A DNA stretch of 64,000 nt from Candidatus Latescibacterota bacterium. Its GTDB lineage: Bacteria > Latescibacterota > UBA2968 > UBA8231. The DNA is taken from contig OZ242214.1 of NCBI GenBank assembly GCA_965206595.1, positions 512,001 through 576,000 of the forward strand, read 5' to 3'. The position numbers were made by a program, and so were the translations under genes. Shown piece by piece: positions 1 to 10,677 of this stretch. Below the pieces are notes generated by a model, which was not told where the DNA came from, ran no database searches, and saw only the letters and a program-made list of their open reading frames with translations. Numbering within the stretch: the first letter of the stretch is position 1; the number at the start of each line of letters is the position of its first letter.

Positions 1-352
1 CCTCCTCGACCTCGGGCCGGCCCTGTGGACCTTCGCACGCCGGCCCGGCGTCGAGCCGACCAACAACGACGCCGAACGAGCCCTTCGCCATGGCGTGTTG
101 TGGCGTCACACCAGCTTCGGCACCCACAGTGCCGAAGGCAGCCGTTTTGTAGAGCGCCTGCTCACGGTGCGCGATACCCTGGGCCAGCAACAGCGCAACG
201 TCCTCGACTATCTCAGGATGGCCTGTCAGGCTGCCGTGTCTCAGCAGCCGGCGCCCTCGCTGCTGCCTTCAGCCCACTCCCCCATTCGCTAATATCAGCG
301 CGCAACCATTCCGCCCCCCGGCCCCAACCTGCCAGGGGAACTGAACGGTTAC
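1..352 (+). mobile_element. IS66-family element, right end (transposase C-terminus to stop at 292, terminal IR ending ...GAACGGTTAC at 352)
   Basis: Frame reads GVEPTNNDAERALRHGVLWRHTSFGTHSAEGSRFVERLLT, the typical IS66 TnpC C-terminus. The end reads GTAACCGTTC on the minus strand, matching the IS66 GTAA terminus. Confidence 0.85.
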
Positions 353-473
353 CGCTCGGTTTTGTAGTGGGCTCTATGAATATGGGAGCGTTTTGCCGGC
401 ATAATCCCCACTTAGCCCTTGATTTCCTCCTCTGCCACCATCTACAGGTTCCACAGCATTTATCGGCATCCAT
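353..473 (-). pseudogene. Small Cys-rich phage-type protein (CGTCRWW...GLCR), interrupted by IS66
   Basis: Its ATG overlaps the methyltransferase stop (TGATG coupling at 473). It has a CxxC motif and the frame runs into the IS66 end at 352. Confidence 0.5.
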
Positions 474-1309
474 CAGGCATCTCTGTCAACGACATAGGCG
501 TCGTAGGTGTCCGTCAGGCTGACGCGCTGGCCTATGGCCTGCAGGCGCTCGATCCCCCCGTTAGCCGGTTCCTCCGTGAAGCCGAGCGGTTCCCACATGG
601 CACCGCAGTCCCGGACCATGATGACGGCCCGGCCGCCGGGGGCCAGCATCATGGGTATCTTGTCCACGTCCTTGGCGGACAGGAAGCCGTCATGGCCGTG
701 CAGGATGAGGATCTGGTCGTACGGATCCGTCGGGTACCAATGCCCGAATGAGCAGCAGTGGAGGCGGTCTGCGAAAAGCGGATTTCTGCTGGCGCACACG
801 CGGAGCATGTTTTCAGACCAGTCGATACCGCTGTAAAGCTGGGGCCGAATGTCCGGGTTGTTCCTGAGCAGCCAGCCGGTACCACATCCCACGTCGAGGA
901 TCCGCTGACCGGTCAGATCGCCCAACAGGGCCCCGAGGGGCTCGTCTCCGTGCCCGTTGGCCATGACCTGATCATACTGGTGGGCTACCTCGTCATAGGG
1001 CGTCTCGTAGCGCATCCGGGCGCGGTTCAGTATGGTCGTATCCTTCGGCGGCCACCCCATCGTCCAGTAGTAGTGGCCGTTGACCGTCAGGCTTTTGTAG
1101 TACTGGCGATTACCGTATCGGCGGCTGTAACCGAACTCCTGAACCAGCGTGGCTACTTCTTCGAAATCGTCTTCTGACCAGTTCACCCTGACGGTGTAGT
1201 AGTGCGGCTTTTCGGGCATCGTCTTGGCGAACCGGAAGGACGCTGATTTAGTCAGATCGGCTACCCGGAACAGTTGATCGTGAGTGATCCCCGGTTGGTT
1301 GTCGAACAT
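473..1309 (-). CDS. Class I SAM-dependent methyltransferase with an N-terminal domain of unknown function
   Basis: Motif I ILDVGCGTG and post-I GIDWSENML. The ~100-aa N-terminal domain contains FAKTMPEKPHYY. An AGGAG RBS lies upstream. Confidence 0.8.
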   Translation of the reverse strand: MFDNQPGITHDQLFRVADLTKSASFRFAKTMPEKPHYYTVRVNWSEDDFEEVATLVQEFGYSRRYGNRQYYKSLTVNGHYYWTMGWPPKDTTILNRARMRYETPYDEVAHQYDQVMANGHGDEPLGALLGDLTGQRILDVGCGTGWLLRNNPDIRPQLYSGIDWSENMLRVCASRNPLFADRLHCCSFGHWYPTDPYDQILILHGHDGFLSAKDVDKIPMMLAPGGRAVIMVRDCGAMWEPLGFTEEPANGGIERLQAIGQRVSLTDTYDAYVVDRDA

Positions 1310-1967
1310 GGCTGTTTTCTCCTTGAGCGTGAGGTGGTTCAGTCTCGTTCAAATTCTATGAGCTGGCTAAGTTATAGGCTGGCAACTGTGCTCGGGCAAT
1401 CTGAGCGGTAGGCATAGAGGTCTCGAAGATCTTCCATTCCGACTCTAAAATGGATCAGTCCGCCCCGGATGATGTCACTGACAGACGTGTCTACTCTGCA
1501 AGTGGGGCGGTGGAGATCAAGAAATTCCTCCTCACGAACGAGAAACTCAGAGTCTTCAACTTCATCCGGCTGCATGGTAGTATCCAAGCCATCCAACTTC
1601 CCGATACCCCCACCAGAACCACCATCACCAGATGGCACAGTCACGTCGATTGGACCGTGCGGCCTTCTGCCGGCGCTGGGGTGGCCTACATGCCGACAGA
1701 GTATGCAGGTGTCTGGATGTCCCAAGGCTGGCACGTCTCGATAAGCAGATTGAGATGGATTCGTTCTTTCGACTTCGGGGTTCTTTCCCCTCGGCTGGTC
1801 TTTTTCGTCTGGTTCTGAAAATCCCCGGTATCAAGTGATCTTTCTGGATGTCTCATGGCACTTCTGGTAGTTGTTTTCATGATGATAGCTGTCCACCCCC
1901 CAGGGTTTCGCCGTGGAAATTCCCGGTGGGGCTCTGAGGCTTTTTTATTCAACAGGATATTTTGGAT

Positions 1968-2429
1968 ATGAAACTGATAGCAGCTGTTATTATTCTCGCC
2001 GCCCCACTACAGGCAAGTGAGTGGAGCCTGGGCGTTGATCTTCCATTGGATCAGGGCGGGACGAGCTTATGGAATACCGGAGAAAAGTGGGGATACGGCA
2101 TTACTCTTGGCGGCCCCATTGTCAGCTTGGGGTGTTGCGATGACTCTAAGCTATACTATTCCTTGGGGTCCCTTACGGTACAGAGGTTCACGGGGAAGAT
2201 GTTTTGCTTTGGAGAAATAGGATACAAGATCCGAGGCCGGGATAGCCATTATGAAGCCAAAGGCGGCTTCATCAAAATGAGAGCCGGAGCTGGAATTTCC
2301 AGAAAGTATAAAGATTTTGGAGTCCTTATATCCTACGGGTTTGGATATGAGGGCTGGGATGGAGACGGCATTTACGAGAGAGTAGGACTGGACGCTTACC
2401 CGAGAGTAGTGGTTCATTGGACGCTGTGA
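1968..2429 (+). CDS. Small secreted protein, possibly outer-membrane beta-barrel-like
   Basis: Signal peptide MKLIAAVIILAAPLQA, alternating Gly/aromatic beta-strand pattern, C-terminal VVVHWTL. Confidence 0.55.
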   Translation: MKLIAAVIILAAPLQASEWSLGVDLPLDQGGTSLWNTGEKWGYGITLGGPIVSLGCCDDSKLYYSLGSLTVQRFTGKMFCFGEIGYKIRGRDSHYEAKGGFIKMRAGAGISRKYKDFGVLISYGFGYEGWDGDGIYERVGLDAYPRVVVHWTL

Positions 2430-2646
2430 GTAAGCCGCTGGACGGAGCCTTACAAGTCTTACTCTTTTTCTACGGCCTTTGAGGAATAAACTAACGGTTC
2501 AGTTTCATGCCACTTCTTTGATGATAAAGATGATTTATACCACACAGATCCGTCTTTGCATATTACAACAATCCCTACCCCTCCCTTTCCCTTGGATGAG
2601 TATGTGGCTATTCCTACAGGTTCCTTTTCAGCCGTCCGTTCATGAC

Positions 2647-2717
2647 GGTTCCCTTGGCTCTATCGTAGTAACTGCTTGCGAGGCAGTAGGTTATGGGTTC
2701 GAATCCCCATCAAACCA
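2647..2717 (+). pseudogene. Degenerate tRNA-like element
   Basis: Anticodon-like arm ACTGC-TTGCGAG-GCAGT, T-arm ATGGG-TTCGAATC-CCCAT and a 3' ACCA. The D-arm and acceptor stem are poor (only GGTT/AACC pairs). Confidence 0.45.
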
Positions 2718-2769
2718 TATTCCCATTTCCCATGTAAGCGTAAGACTTACGCCGGTCAATCAAGGCGAA

Positions 2770-2826
2770 AGGCCATAGGCCAGCCGTGTCAGCCTGACCG
2801 CAGCTATGACGCCTATGTCGTTGACA
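2770..2826 (+). repeat. Imperfect inverted copy (~57 bp) of 484-540, the 3' end of the methyltransferase gene
   Basis: aggccataggccagccgtgtcagcctgaccgcagctatgacgcctatgtcgttgaca aligns with the reverse complement of 484-540. Both translate as AIGQ...YDAYVVD. Confidence 0.85.
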
Positions 2827-2964
2827 CGGGTGAGTTATTTGCTAAATTCCATCCCTCAGCACTCTTGGTTACTCGCTTTTTTCCAGCACTACAACCCGGG
2901 CGATGATCGCCCCAGGAAAGGATTCCAATGGCTCTCAAGAAGCTCGGAAATAGCTACCTCGTAG

Positions 2965-4839
2965 GTGCCAACGACAGCGCACAGGCATTACCCGACGATA
3001 ACATCAATTACCGGAGGTTGGAAGGATTTTCTGGTGTGGGTTCCTTCATACAACTCCGATCAGCAGGCCGTGATTACCGGGTATTCCAACAAGCCGGACT
3101 CCTGGATAGATGCTTCCCTCTACCGTTGCAACAATCTCCTGGACGATCCAGGGACGTTTGTGGACGATGAATCCGTACGATCCACAATCCGGGAAGATGG
3201 GGGAGCGTCCATGACGTTTGAGTTTGGCCCGGCACCAGCTCGCCTTTCCGGGCTGTTCCGTCTCCGAATAAAGCCAAGAGACAATGATTCGATGTTCACG
3301 GTGGACTTTCAGAACCTTCCCTGGTATGCCATGGAGTGCTGGGAGCCGCGCAATAATTTCTACATCTTCGGTGTAGCCAGCCTCGCTCCCGTCAAACAAT
3401 ATTTCTTCATTCCAAGGCTGACCGAGGATGACGATTATGTTCGGGTGCGGTTGCAGACCGGGAATAACATCGAAAAAGCACAGATCGACATATACACGGA
3501 AACAGGGACAGATCCAATTGCTACGGCGAAATGCAAGGGAAAGGATGCGTCAGGAGGCGATCACCCTTGGTTCGACACGGCCCGGATAGAGGGAGACGAC
3601 CTTCCCTCAGGGTATCCAGGGGCTATCTATCGGTTCAAACTTACTAACCCTGTAAGTACTGGAAGGCAGCCGAGCGGGAATACCTGGGTGCGGTTTTCCA
3701 AGAACGTAGTTCCGTACTTTTCGGGTAGGGCCGAGCGGTTGATATACCCGATCCTTCATCAGAGAATCGATCCGGTTTCGTATGTCGATGAGTCTCGATC
3801 CCACCGGCTATACTTGACAGTTCCCCGGACCGTTCCTTCGGGAGAGACGGCCATTATCCCAGAAGCCAGTGAACTGAAGTTGAAAACAGGAACGTCGCCG
3901 GAATCGGACACGACAACGGGCTTTTCCGTTACCACAACGCTGACCTTGGATACTCCTCAGAAGATCGAAAGAGGAGATAATTTAATCGCGCAACTCCTGG
4001 ATGGGGATACGGTAGTCGCGGACAGCACCGACAAGGTCGATGCCCTTTACGGCATTCGGGAGCCCGTATACGACAGCGACTTCCCCGCAAAGATGACGGC
4101 TGTATGGGATAATGGGAACGGACGGACTACTTCTGGGGTATTGAAAGGTGGGCACGTCAACACAGTTCAGACGAGCAATGAAACCTCCATACCGCAGATC
4201 ATTGCACAGGAAGGACTGAAAGCCTGGGGCGCTCTGTACACACCTCCAGAGCAAAACAATCCTCCAATAAAGGCTTGGTTCAAGACAGAGGTCGGAGGAG
4301 AATACCCAAATGCAAACAGCGAGAATGTTCGCTTTTGGGGATACAAAGACGAGCCCGACAGCGGACCTGGGTATTACCGGGCTTCTGGAAACGTCTATCC
4401 GGTAACTGCCCTCAAGGACTTGTATGACGCTTTTCTATGCTATACGGGTTATACGAGTAAGCCCTTTCAAATCACCATCCAGCATACCATTTTCATTGAG
4501 GAATACAGCCGAGCATGCGACATTATCGGCAGCGATCCGTACGTCTGTGAAATTAAGAATTGGCCAAATGCCAATCGTGCACGGGACTGCGCAGCGGAGC
4601 TGACGTACAATAAAACTCCTCAACAAAAGCGGATGCTTATCATGTGGTGGTGGGACCCGAAGCTAGGGGTGGGAACAGCCGTTGGAGTATCCCTTTTCGG
4701 AGACGCATTCGCAGAATCGACGGGGATGGAGAGCATAGGAAGCTGGAACTTTTCGTCAGCAGGCGAGCAACTGAATAGTGTCGATCCTGCTCTATGGACA
4801 GAGATAACAAACAGAAACAACGGCTGGATCAATTCGTGA
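2965..4839 (+). CDS. Hypothetical protein with a C-terminal glycoside-hydrolase-like (TIM-barrel) region; true start may be 2928 via a frameshift
   Basis: 624-aa ORF. WGYKDEPD...DIIGSDPY resembles WELEDEPN...DIHSDDVYP of 44848-46110. The best RBS (AGGAAAGGA) precedes the out-of-frame ATG at 2928. Confidence 0.6.
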   Translation: MPTTAHRHYPTITSITGGWKDFLVWVPSYNSDQQAVITGYSNKPDSWIDASLYRCNNLLDDPGTFVDDESVRSTIREDGGASMTFEFGPAPARLSGLFRLRIKPRDNDSMFTVDFQNLPWYAMECWEPRNNFYIFGVASLAPVKQYFFIPRLTEDDDYVRVRLQTGNNIEKAQIDIYTETGTDPIATAKCKGKDASGGDHPWFDTARIEGDDLPSGYPGAIYRFKLTNPVSTGRQPSGNTWVRFSKNVVPYFSGRAERLIYPILHQRIDPVSYVDESRSHRLYLTVPRTVPSGETAIIPEASELKLKTGTSPESDTTTGFSVTTTLTLDTPQKIERGDNLIAQLLDGDTVVADSTDKVDALYGIREPVYDSDFPAKMTAVWDNGNGRTTSGVLKGGHVNTVQTSNETSIPQIIAQEGLKAWGALYTPPEQNNPPIKAWFKTEVGGEYPNANSENVRFWGYKDEPDSGPGYYRASGNVYPVTALKDLYDAFLCYTGYTSKPFQITIQHTIFIEEYSRACDIIGSDPYVCEIKNWPNANRARDCAAELTYNKTPQQKRMLIMWWWDPKLGVGTAVGVSLFGDAFAESTGMESIGSWNFSSAGEQLNSVDPALWTEITNRNNGWINS

Positions 4840-5963
4840 TTTCCCTCCTGTTCTTCCTGTTGCTGTCCCTTCCTGCCTGGGGGCAGCAATGGGAAGAAAT
4901 ATCCTCACCCTCCGGTTTGCACCTGTGGGATCTGGTCTTTGTGGACAACAGCGTTGGCTATGCGGCCGGCCCTAATCACGTAATAAAGACTGAAGACGGC
5001 GGTTATACCTGGGATCATATCCCCCTTTCGGGGATGGCTGAGGAAAAATATGGTGCTAGCATTTCGTTCATAAATCACCAGGAAGTAGTAGTTGGCCGTA
5101 ACGATTTAGGGCTATGGAAAACAGAGGATGGAGGAACCACCTGGAAAGTTTGGAACGATACCATTACCGGAATCTCTCGACGGCTTCATTTGGATAGCTC
5201 CGGAAGTGGATGGTATCTTGTCGAGAAACAACTGTGGCGGACAACAAGAGGAGAGGAATGGGTTCTAAACTCTCTGGAATTGCCTCCTGATTTTGCAGGA
5301 GGACGCCAATTGGGAAGAGATTGGGAGTGCTGCTTCAGTAACAATTTTCGGGATATGTATTGGTTCGACCGCGATTATGGAATTGTCGTAGGGGGATACG
5401 GCGAAGACCGAAAGCAAGCTGATCTTTATGATATGGGAAGAATGCATACGACTTACGATGGCGGTAAATCATGGAAAGAATGGGAAATCACCAGAGTTCT
5501 GGCTGCAGTACTGGGTGGAATAATTGTCGGGCCGAATCCTGAGAAAATATGGATTGTTGGTTCTGGAGAGCAATTATACATTGGTCATGCTATGTCGTGG
5601 AATATAATGTTACCTCGGGGGGGTCCAGATTACGAAAAGTTCAGACCTACTAGCTCCATGAGTGGCGGGGCTCCACATCTTAACTGGTGGTTTAGCACTG
5701 GGTTCATACTGGACGAACAAACAGGCTGGATTGCCGGTACACGAATTATGCGTACTGAGGATGGGGGAGAAACCTGGACCGTAGAATACGGCCCTGGCGA
5801 TGAATTAAACCCTGAATGGATACTTCGCATGGTGAGGGTGGATAACCGATTGATAGCCGTAGGATGGCGCGGCAGGATTTTAATGCGAGAAATCGGAGGT
5901 TCTTCGACAGGCATATCCCCTGCTTCCTGGGGAACTCTGAAGAGAGAGATTGCCGATGACTAA
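4836..5963 (+). CDS. Secreted YCF48/BNR-repeat beta-propeller protein with a C-terminal SWGxxK tail
   Basis: GTGA overlap with the upstream stop, signal peptide, repeated KTEDGGxTW motifs, ends SSTGISPASWGTLKREIADD. Confidence 0.8.
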   Translation: MISLLFFLLLSLPAWGQQWEEISSPSGLHLWDLVFVDNSVGYAAGPNHVIKTEDGGYTWDHIPLSGMAEEKYGASISFINHQEVVVGRNDLGLWKTEDGGTTWKVWNDTITGISRRLHLDSSGSGWYLVEKQLWRTTRGEEWVLNSLELPPDFAGGRQLGRDWECCFSNNFRDMYWFDRDYGIVVGGYGEDRKQADLYDMGRMHTTYDGGKSWKEWEITRVLAAVLGGIIVGPNPEKIWIVGSGEQLYIGHAMSWNIMLPRGGPDYEKFRPTSSMSGGAPHLNWWFSTGFILDEQTGWIAGTRIMRTEDGGETWTVEYGPGDELNPEWILRMVRVDNRLIAVGWRGRILMREIGGSSTGISPASWGTLKREIADD

Positions 5964-5986
5964 GGTTCGGAACAGGCCAAAAAAAT

Positions 5987-6688
5987 ATGGAGATTATATA
6001 CAATCTCTACGTGGCCTTCGTGTCCAGCGACGACGTGTACAAGAACGATCACGACTACGATGCAATTCGGGGATCTCTTAGAGATTTCATAGATGTCAAT
6101 GACAGCATCACTTTGGCCATCGATGGAGATCACAGCGGGGGCAAGGGCTGTCCCTACAATTGCCAGATGGAGGATTTGCGGGAGGTCCGCAGCAGGAATC
6201 AGCGCTATGAGGCCATCGCGCGCACCGTCAGCGGCTCCACCCTGGATGATATCTCTACCAGATATATAACGGAAAAGATCGCCTGGACGGTCCTGCCTCC
6301 CTACGGGCAGGGAGGCGGCGGCGTAGCAGGGGAAGCCCCGGTGATCAGCGTGATCGAGTTCTACGTCACCCCGTTCGACCGCTTTTCGTTCGATGATCCC
6401 GAGGGGAGCGTGGCCAGCGATCTGGCCGCGGGCCAGGTCATCGGCTTTGCTATCATGGTCAACGACTGGGATAGTTTTGATAGGGCTGATGATATGGAGG
6501 TTAATTCGTACTGGGTACCCGAAGCCATGAATCGCGGTGATGCCGACGACAGGCAGCATGAGATAGATGCCGGTTGGGCGGATTTCTTCCTCGACGGCAT
6601 CTTGCTGCCGGCCGGCGCCGAACCGGAAGGCACCGCGGTCGAGTCGGTCTCCTGGGGGCGAATCAAAGCCTCCCTGGAGTTGGAGTAG
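5987..6688 (+). pseudogene. N-terminally truncated member of the secreted VESVSWGRIKASLE beta-sandwich (CBM9/DOMON-like) family
   Basis: Homology to 11115-12116 and 12189-13160 begins abruptly at LYVAF (~6006). The signal peptide and first ~100 aa are missing. Confidence 0.75.
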
Positions 6689-6849
6689 CCGCCATCCCCC
6701 CTTCGCCCGCGGTTCACTTGTGCCCGACGAATTCCTCGCCACCTGACCTGGACCGACCTGTGACTGGATCATCCTGCAAACTGACGATCGGCCTGTCCCT
6801 TTTTTCGCTCCTCTGGCAGTTGTCCAATCCCGACGCCGCCCATACCCGG

Positions 6850-7104
6850 AACGAGAGCGTCTTTCTCATGGCCCGGGACGGGTCCTCCATCCAGCGCCTG
6901 TCCGCGACCGAGGGCCGGTCCGCCCCGGGCTGGGGCCCGGACGGCCGGGCCTTCGTTTCCAACCGGGACGGGTTGACCTCCATTTATCGCATGGCCTCCG
7001 ACGGCACCGGCGTCACCCGGCTGACTACGGGGCACGACGGAGACTGGAAGCCGGCCTGGGCACCTGACGGCGAAAGCCTCTGTTTCGTCTCCAGCCGCAG
7101 GTAA
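6850..7104 (+). pseudogene. TolB/PD40-repeat protein fragment
   Basis: AFVSNRDG...IYRMASDGTGVTRLT...PAWAPDGESLCFVSSR; no credible start, ends prematurely. Confidence 0.6.
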
Positions 7105-7168
7105 CCCGTACCTTGAGGAGCGGTGCCGCCGGGTCCTGCGGGTAGGGCCGCCAAGACCGCTTCTGCTT

Positions 7169-10100
7169 CTATGGTTTTTTCAGCTTGTAGACCCGCATTC
7201 GGGAACGCAGCCGCTCCGGATTCATGCCCAACAAGGCAGCCGCGCCCCTCTTCCCGGAGATGACCCAATTGGTTGCCTTCAGGGCTTCCAGGATTTGCTG
7301 TTCTTCGGACTTGAAGACCGGGCCGGCTTCGTTCTCATCCCCCTGATCGACCGGCGGGGCAGACGCCGGCGGCGAAGATCCGCCTTCGTACAGGTCTTCA
7401 TCCGGAAGCACATCCTCCAGGTCCACGACGTGACTCCGGCACACGATCACCGCCCGCTGCATCACGTGCTCCAGCTCGCGCACGTTCCCCGGCCAGGAAT
7501 GCTCCTGCAAGTGCCTCGACGCCTCGGGACTGAGAACCGGCACCGGCTGCCGCAACTTCCGGGAAAACCGGTTCGCGAAGTAGGCCGCCAGGAACGGGAT
7601 TTCCTCGCGGCGGTTCCGCAGGGGCGGAATTTCTATCGGGAACACGTTCAAGCGGTAGAACAGGTCCTTCCGGAACCCTTGGTCCATGGCCTCCTTCAAA
7701 TCCCGGTTGGTCGCCGCAACCACCCGGACATCCACCGGGACGGGGGTTTCCCCGCCGACGCGGAAAAGGTGTCGATCCTCCAGAACGTGGAGCAGAACCC
7801 TTTGGGCCTCCACAGGCAGGTCCCCGATTTCATCGAGGAACAGGGTGCCCCCGTGCGCCTGTTCGAAGCGGCCTGTCTTCCGTTCTACCGCGTTGGTAAA
7901 GGCGCCCTTTTCATGGCCGAACAGTTCGCTTTCCACCAGCCCGGGGGGCAGGCCCCCGCAATTGACCTCGACAAAGGGGCGCTTCCGCCGCCGGCTCACG
8001 GCGTGAATGTGCTGCGCGAGCACCCCCTTGCCCACCCCGGTCTCGCCCAGGATCAGCACCATCGCATCGGTCCCGGCCACCTGTCCGGCCAGCTCCAGGA
8101 CCCGGGCCATGGCCGGACTGTTTCTGAGCATGTCCTGCTGCGAGATCCACGGCATGTGCTTCAGTGCCTGGACGGGTGCGCTTTCCTCCTCCGCGACCAC
8201 CTGCACCTCCAGGCTGACCGCGTCCGACATCAGGCCGTCGCGGTCCCGGGTGCGCACCTCGAAGCGGAACCGGCCTTCCGGCAGACCGGAGAACGAGACC
8301 GAATCGGCGGAGGTGAATTCGCTCCAGGCTTCCGCCGGGCCATGACCCACGAGCCGGTGGCTGTAGCGCATCTGATCCGCCCCGGTTCGGAAACTGATGC
8401 CTTGAAAGTCGATTCGAAGCTCGCGGGTGCCTGCCGGAAAGGACACGGCCCGGGGGGCCTCGATGAGACGCCCGGCCTCGACCTCGCGGATCACCAGGGC
8501 CGGAGGGGTGCGGTTTGCCTGGTACTCGATGAGCCCCGCCCGCGTCCCGAACCACAGCCGGCCGTCGCTGGCGCGCAGGATGTCCTCGACCACGTTCTCG
8601 AGGCTGGCGTTCCCCAGGCGAAGGGTCTGGAAAGCATGCCCGTCGTACTTCATCACGCCCCCCCCCGCTCGTGCCGACCCACAGGCAGTCCTGCTCCGGG
8701 TCGGCCAGCAGGGAGAGAATGCCGTTTACCGACAAGTCCCCCTGGTCCACGGTAAACCGGCGAACTTGCCCGGCGGTGAAATCAAGGAAGAACAGGCCGC
8801 TGTTGGTTTGTGCCCACCCAGAGCCTGTCTTCGTGCTCGCACAGGGCAGTCACTTGAGATACGGCCTCCAACCCGGCCATGGCCGGCGGCTGCAAGCGGC
8901 CGTCCTCGTACCGGTACAGCGCCGGGGCGGGCCCCCCGGTGCCGATCCAGAAGGCGCCGTCCCGGGCCGGCAGCACGGCGCGGCACTCGTGGGGCAGCCC
9001 TTCTGCCAACGGGTTGAACCGGTCGGCTTCCAACCACCCAAGGCGCCCCAGGGAGGTGCCGGCCCATACACGCCCGCGGCCGTCCGCGCACAGGGCCGTG
9101 ACCTCTTCCCCGGAGCCGGTTTCGGCCACCTCGATCGCTCGGGATTCCTTTCCCGTCCATTTGAATACCTTGCCCTCGGGGCCACCCCAGACCGGCTCCG
9201 GCCCGTCCGCCTCCAGCGCCGAGACTACATGCCCGGTCTCCACCGTACGGATGCGGTCGTCTTCCCGGCAGGCCAGACCCCCCATGGTGCCGATCCACAG
9301 CCGCCCCGTCCCGTCTTCGTCCAGGCACCGGACCTCGTTGTCCGGCAGACCGTCGGCTTCCGTGTACAATTGCACGCTGACCGGATCGCAGAAGAGCAGC
9401 CCCCCGCCCCACAGTCCGATCCAGATGTTGCCCTCGCGGTCCTCGCAGGTCAGCCGCGTGTCCGAGAAATGGGTGCCCTGCAAGCGGGCCGAAAACGGAT
9501 GCCAGGCCTGCCCGTCGTACACCAGAACCCCCCGGCGAGCCATCCACAGCCAGCCCCTGTCGTCCTGGCGCACATGCCGCGTGCCGTGCTGGACGACTTC
9601 ACCGCTTTCGACCTCATGGTCCACCTCGATCAGGTCGAGCTGTTGGCGCTCGGGATCGTAGCGGCCGATAACGGCTTCGCTGCCGACGTAGCGGAAGCCG
9701 ATCCACAGACCGCCGGAGGCGTCCGGGGCGAACTTCCAGGGCCACTGCATGGCGGTTTCCCCGGTGCCCAGGTGCCCGTTCATGGGCTGACCTTCCAGAT
9801 CGATGATCCCCCGCTCCCGCGACGCCAGCCAGGTAGTACCCCCCGCGTCGGTGGCCATGTCGTACACCGCACCGAGGGGTTGGTCAGCAAGGTCGGTCAC
9901 AGACTCCAGGCACCGCCCCTCGACAAAGCGGGCGATCCCGTTCCCGGTCAGCACCTGTACCGAGCCGTCCGCCTGGGGGTGCAGGCTCAATATGTCGTTG
10001 GAGGGCAGTCCGTCCGCGGTGGTGTACACCTGAAACCCCTGCCCGTCGAAGGCGGCCAGACCGCCCCCGAGAGTCCCGAACAGCAGGCGCCCGTCCTCGT

Positions 10101-10297
10101 CCTCGGCAATGGTCATCGCGTTGAGGTGGGGAAGCCCGTTCGAGGGGCCGAAGGTCTCGAACCGGGCCCCGTCGAAGCGGCTGACCCCGCCGTCGGCGGT
10201 GGCCACCCACAGGAGCCCCCGGCGGTCCTGGTATATGTCTTCCACGTGCATCCACGTGCATCAGCCCGCCGTTCCGGGAGCCGGAAGGAGGGGTCAC
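7169..10297 (-). pseudogene. Reg_prop beta-propeller + Y_Y_Y + sigma-54 AAA+ activator + HTH fusion, broken by three frameshifts
   Basis: Propeller repeats (EDxxGxLWxGT) in 8782-10251. Y_Y_Y-like segment, then GETGVGKG, ESELFGHEKGAFTNA, LFLDEIG, WPGNVREL and an HTH in 7169-8656. Lesions: 10-bp tandem duplication at 10241-10260, +1 shift at ~8805, C9 run at 8658-8666. Confidence 0.85.
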
Positions 10298-10600
10298 GGG
10301 GTTGGGGACCTTGGCTCATTTTCATTTTCGACTTCGTTCTCTTTTGGGGAAGCAAGGAGGTGGGGATCGCTGATCGATGGCGGTACCTGCATAAGATGAA
10401 AGGAAGCGGGAAGCAAACGGTTCCGGCCCGCCCGCTCGGGGAAATCGTGAAGTTGTATTTAATACAACGAGACTCGGGGGAAGCCGATGGCGACAAGGAC
10501 GGGCCGAAGGCGGAAAAAAATAAAATGTGCTTCTATAAGCCCGAAGATAAACAACAGGTTATGTCCAACAGGAACAAATTGATGGAGCCGCGGCCATGTA

Positions 10601-10617
10601 CAGGCACCCCTTTTGCT
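10601..10617 (+). promoter_or_regulatory. Sigma-54 (-24/-12) promoter
   Basis: CAGGCACCCCTTTTGCT has exact GG-N10-GC spacing and fits TGGCAC-N5-TTGCW. An IHF-like site AAACAA-CAGG-TTA lies at 10549-10561 and a palindrome GTTGTATT-T-AATACAAC at 10452-10468. It is divergent from a sigma-54 activator gene. Confidence 0.75.
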
Positions 10618-10677
10618 TTTTCTCTGGGTGAACCGGGGTAGCGAACAGACGCGACCCCAAAAACAAAGGAGGCCGCA

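Noticed and set aside
1372-1952. Several overlapping 70-120 aa ORFs and a hairpin near 1893-1932
   Set aside because: No recognisable motif or RBS, and I cannot choose a frame or assign a riboswitch.
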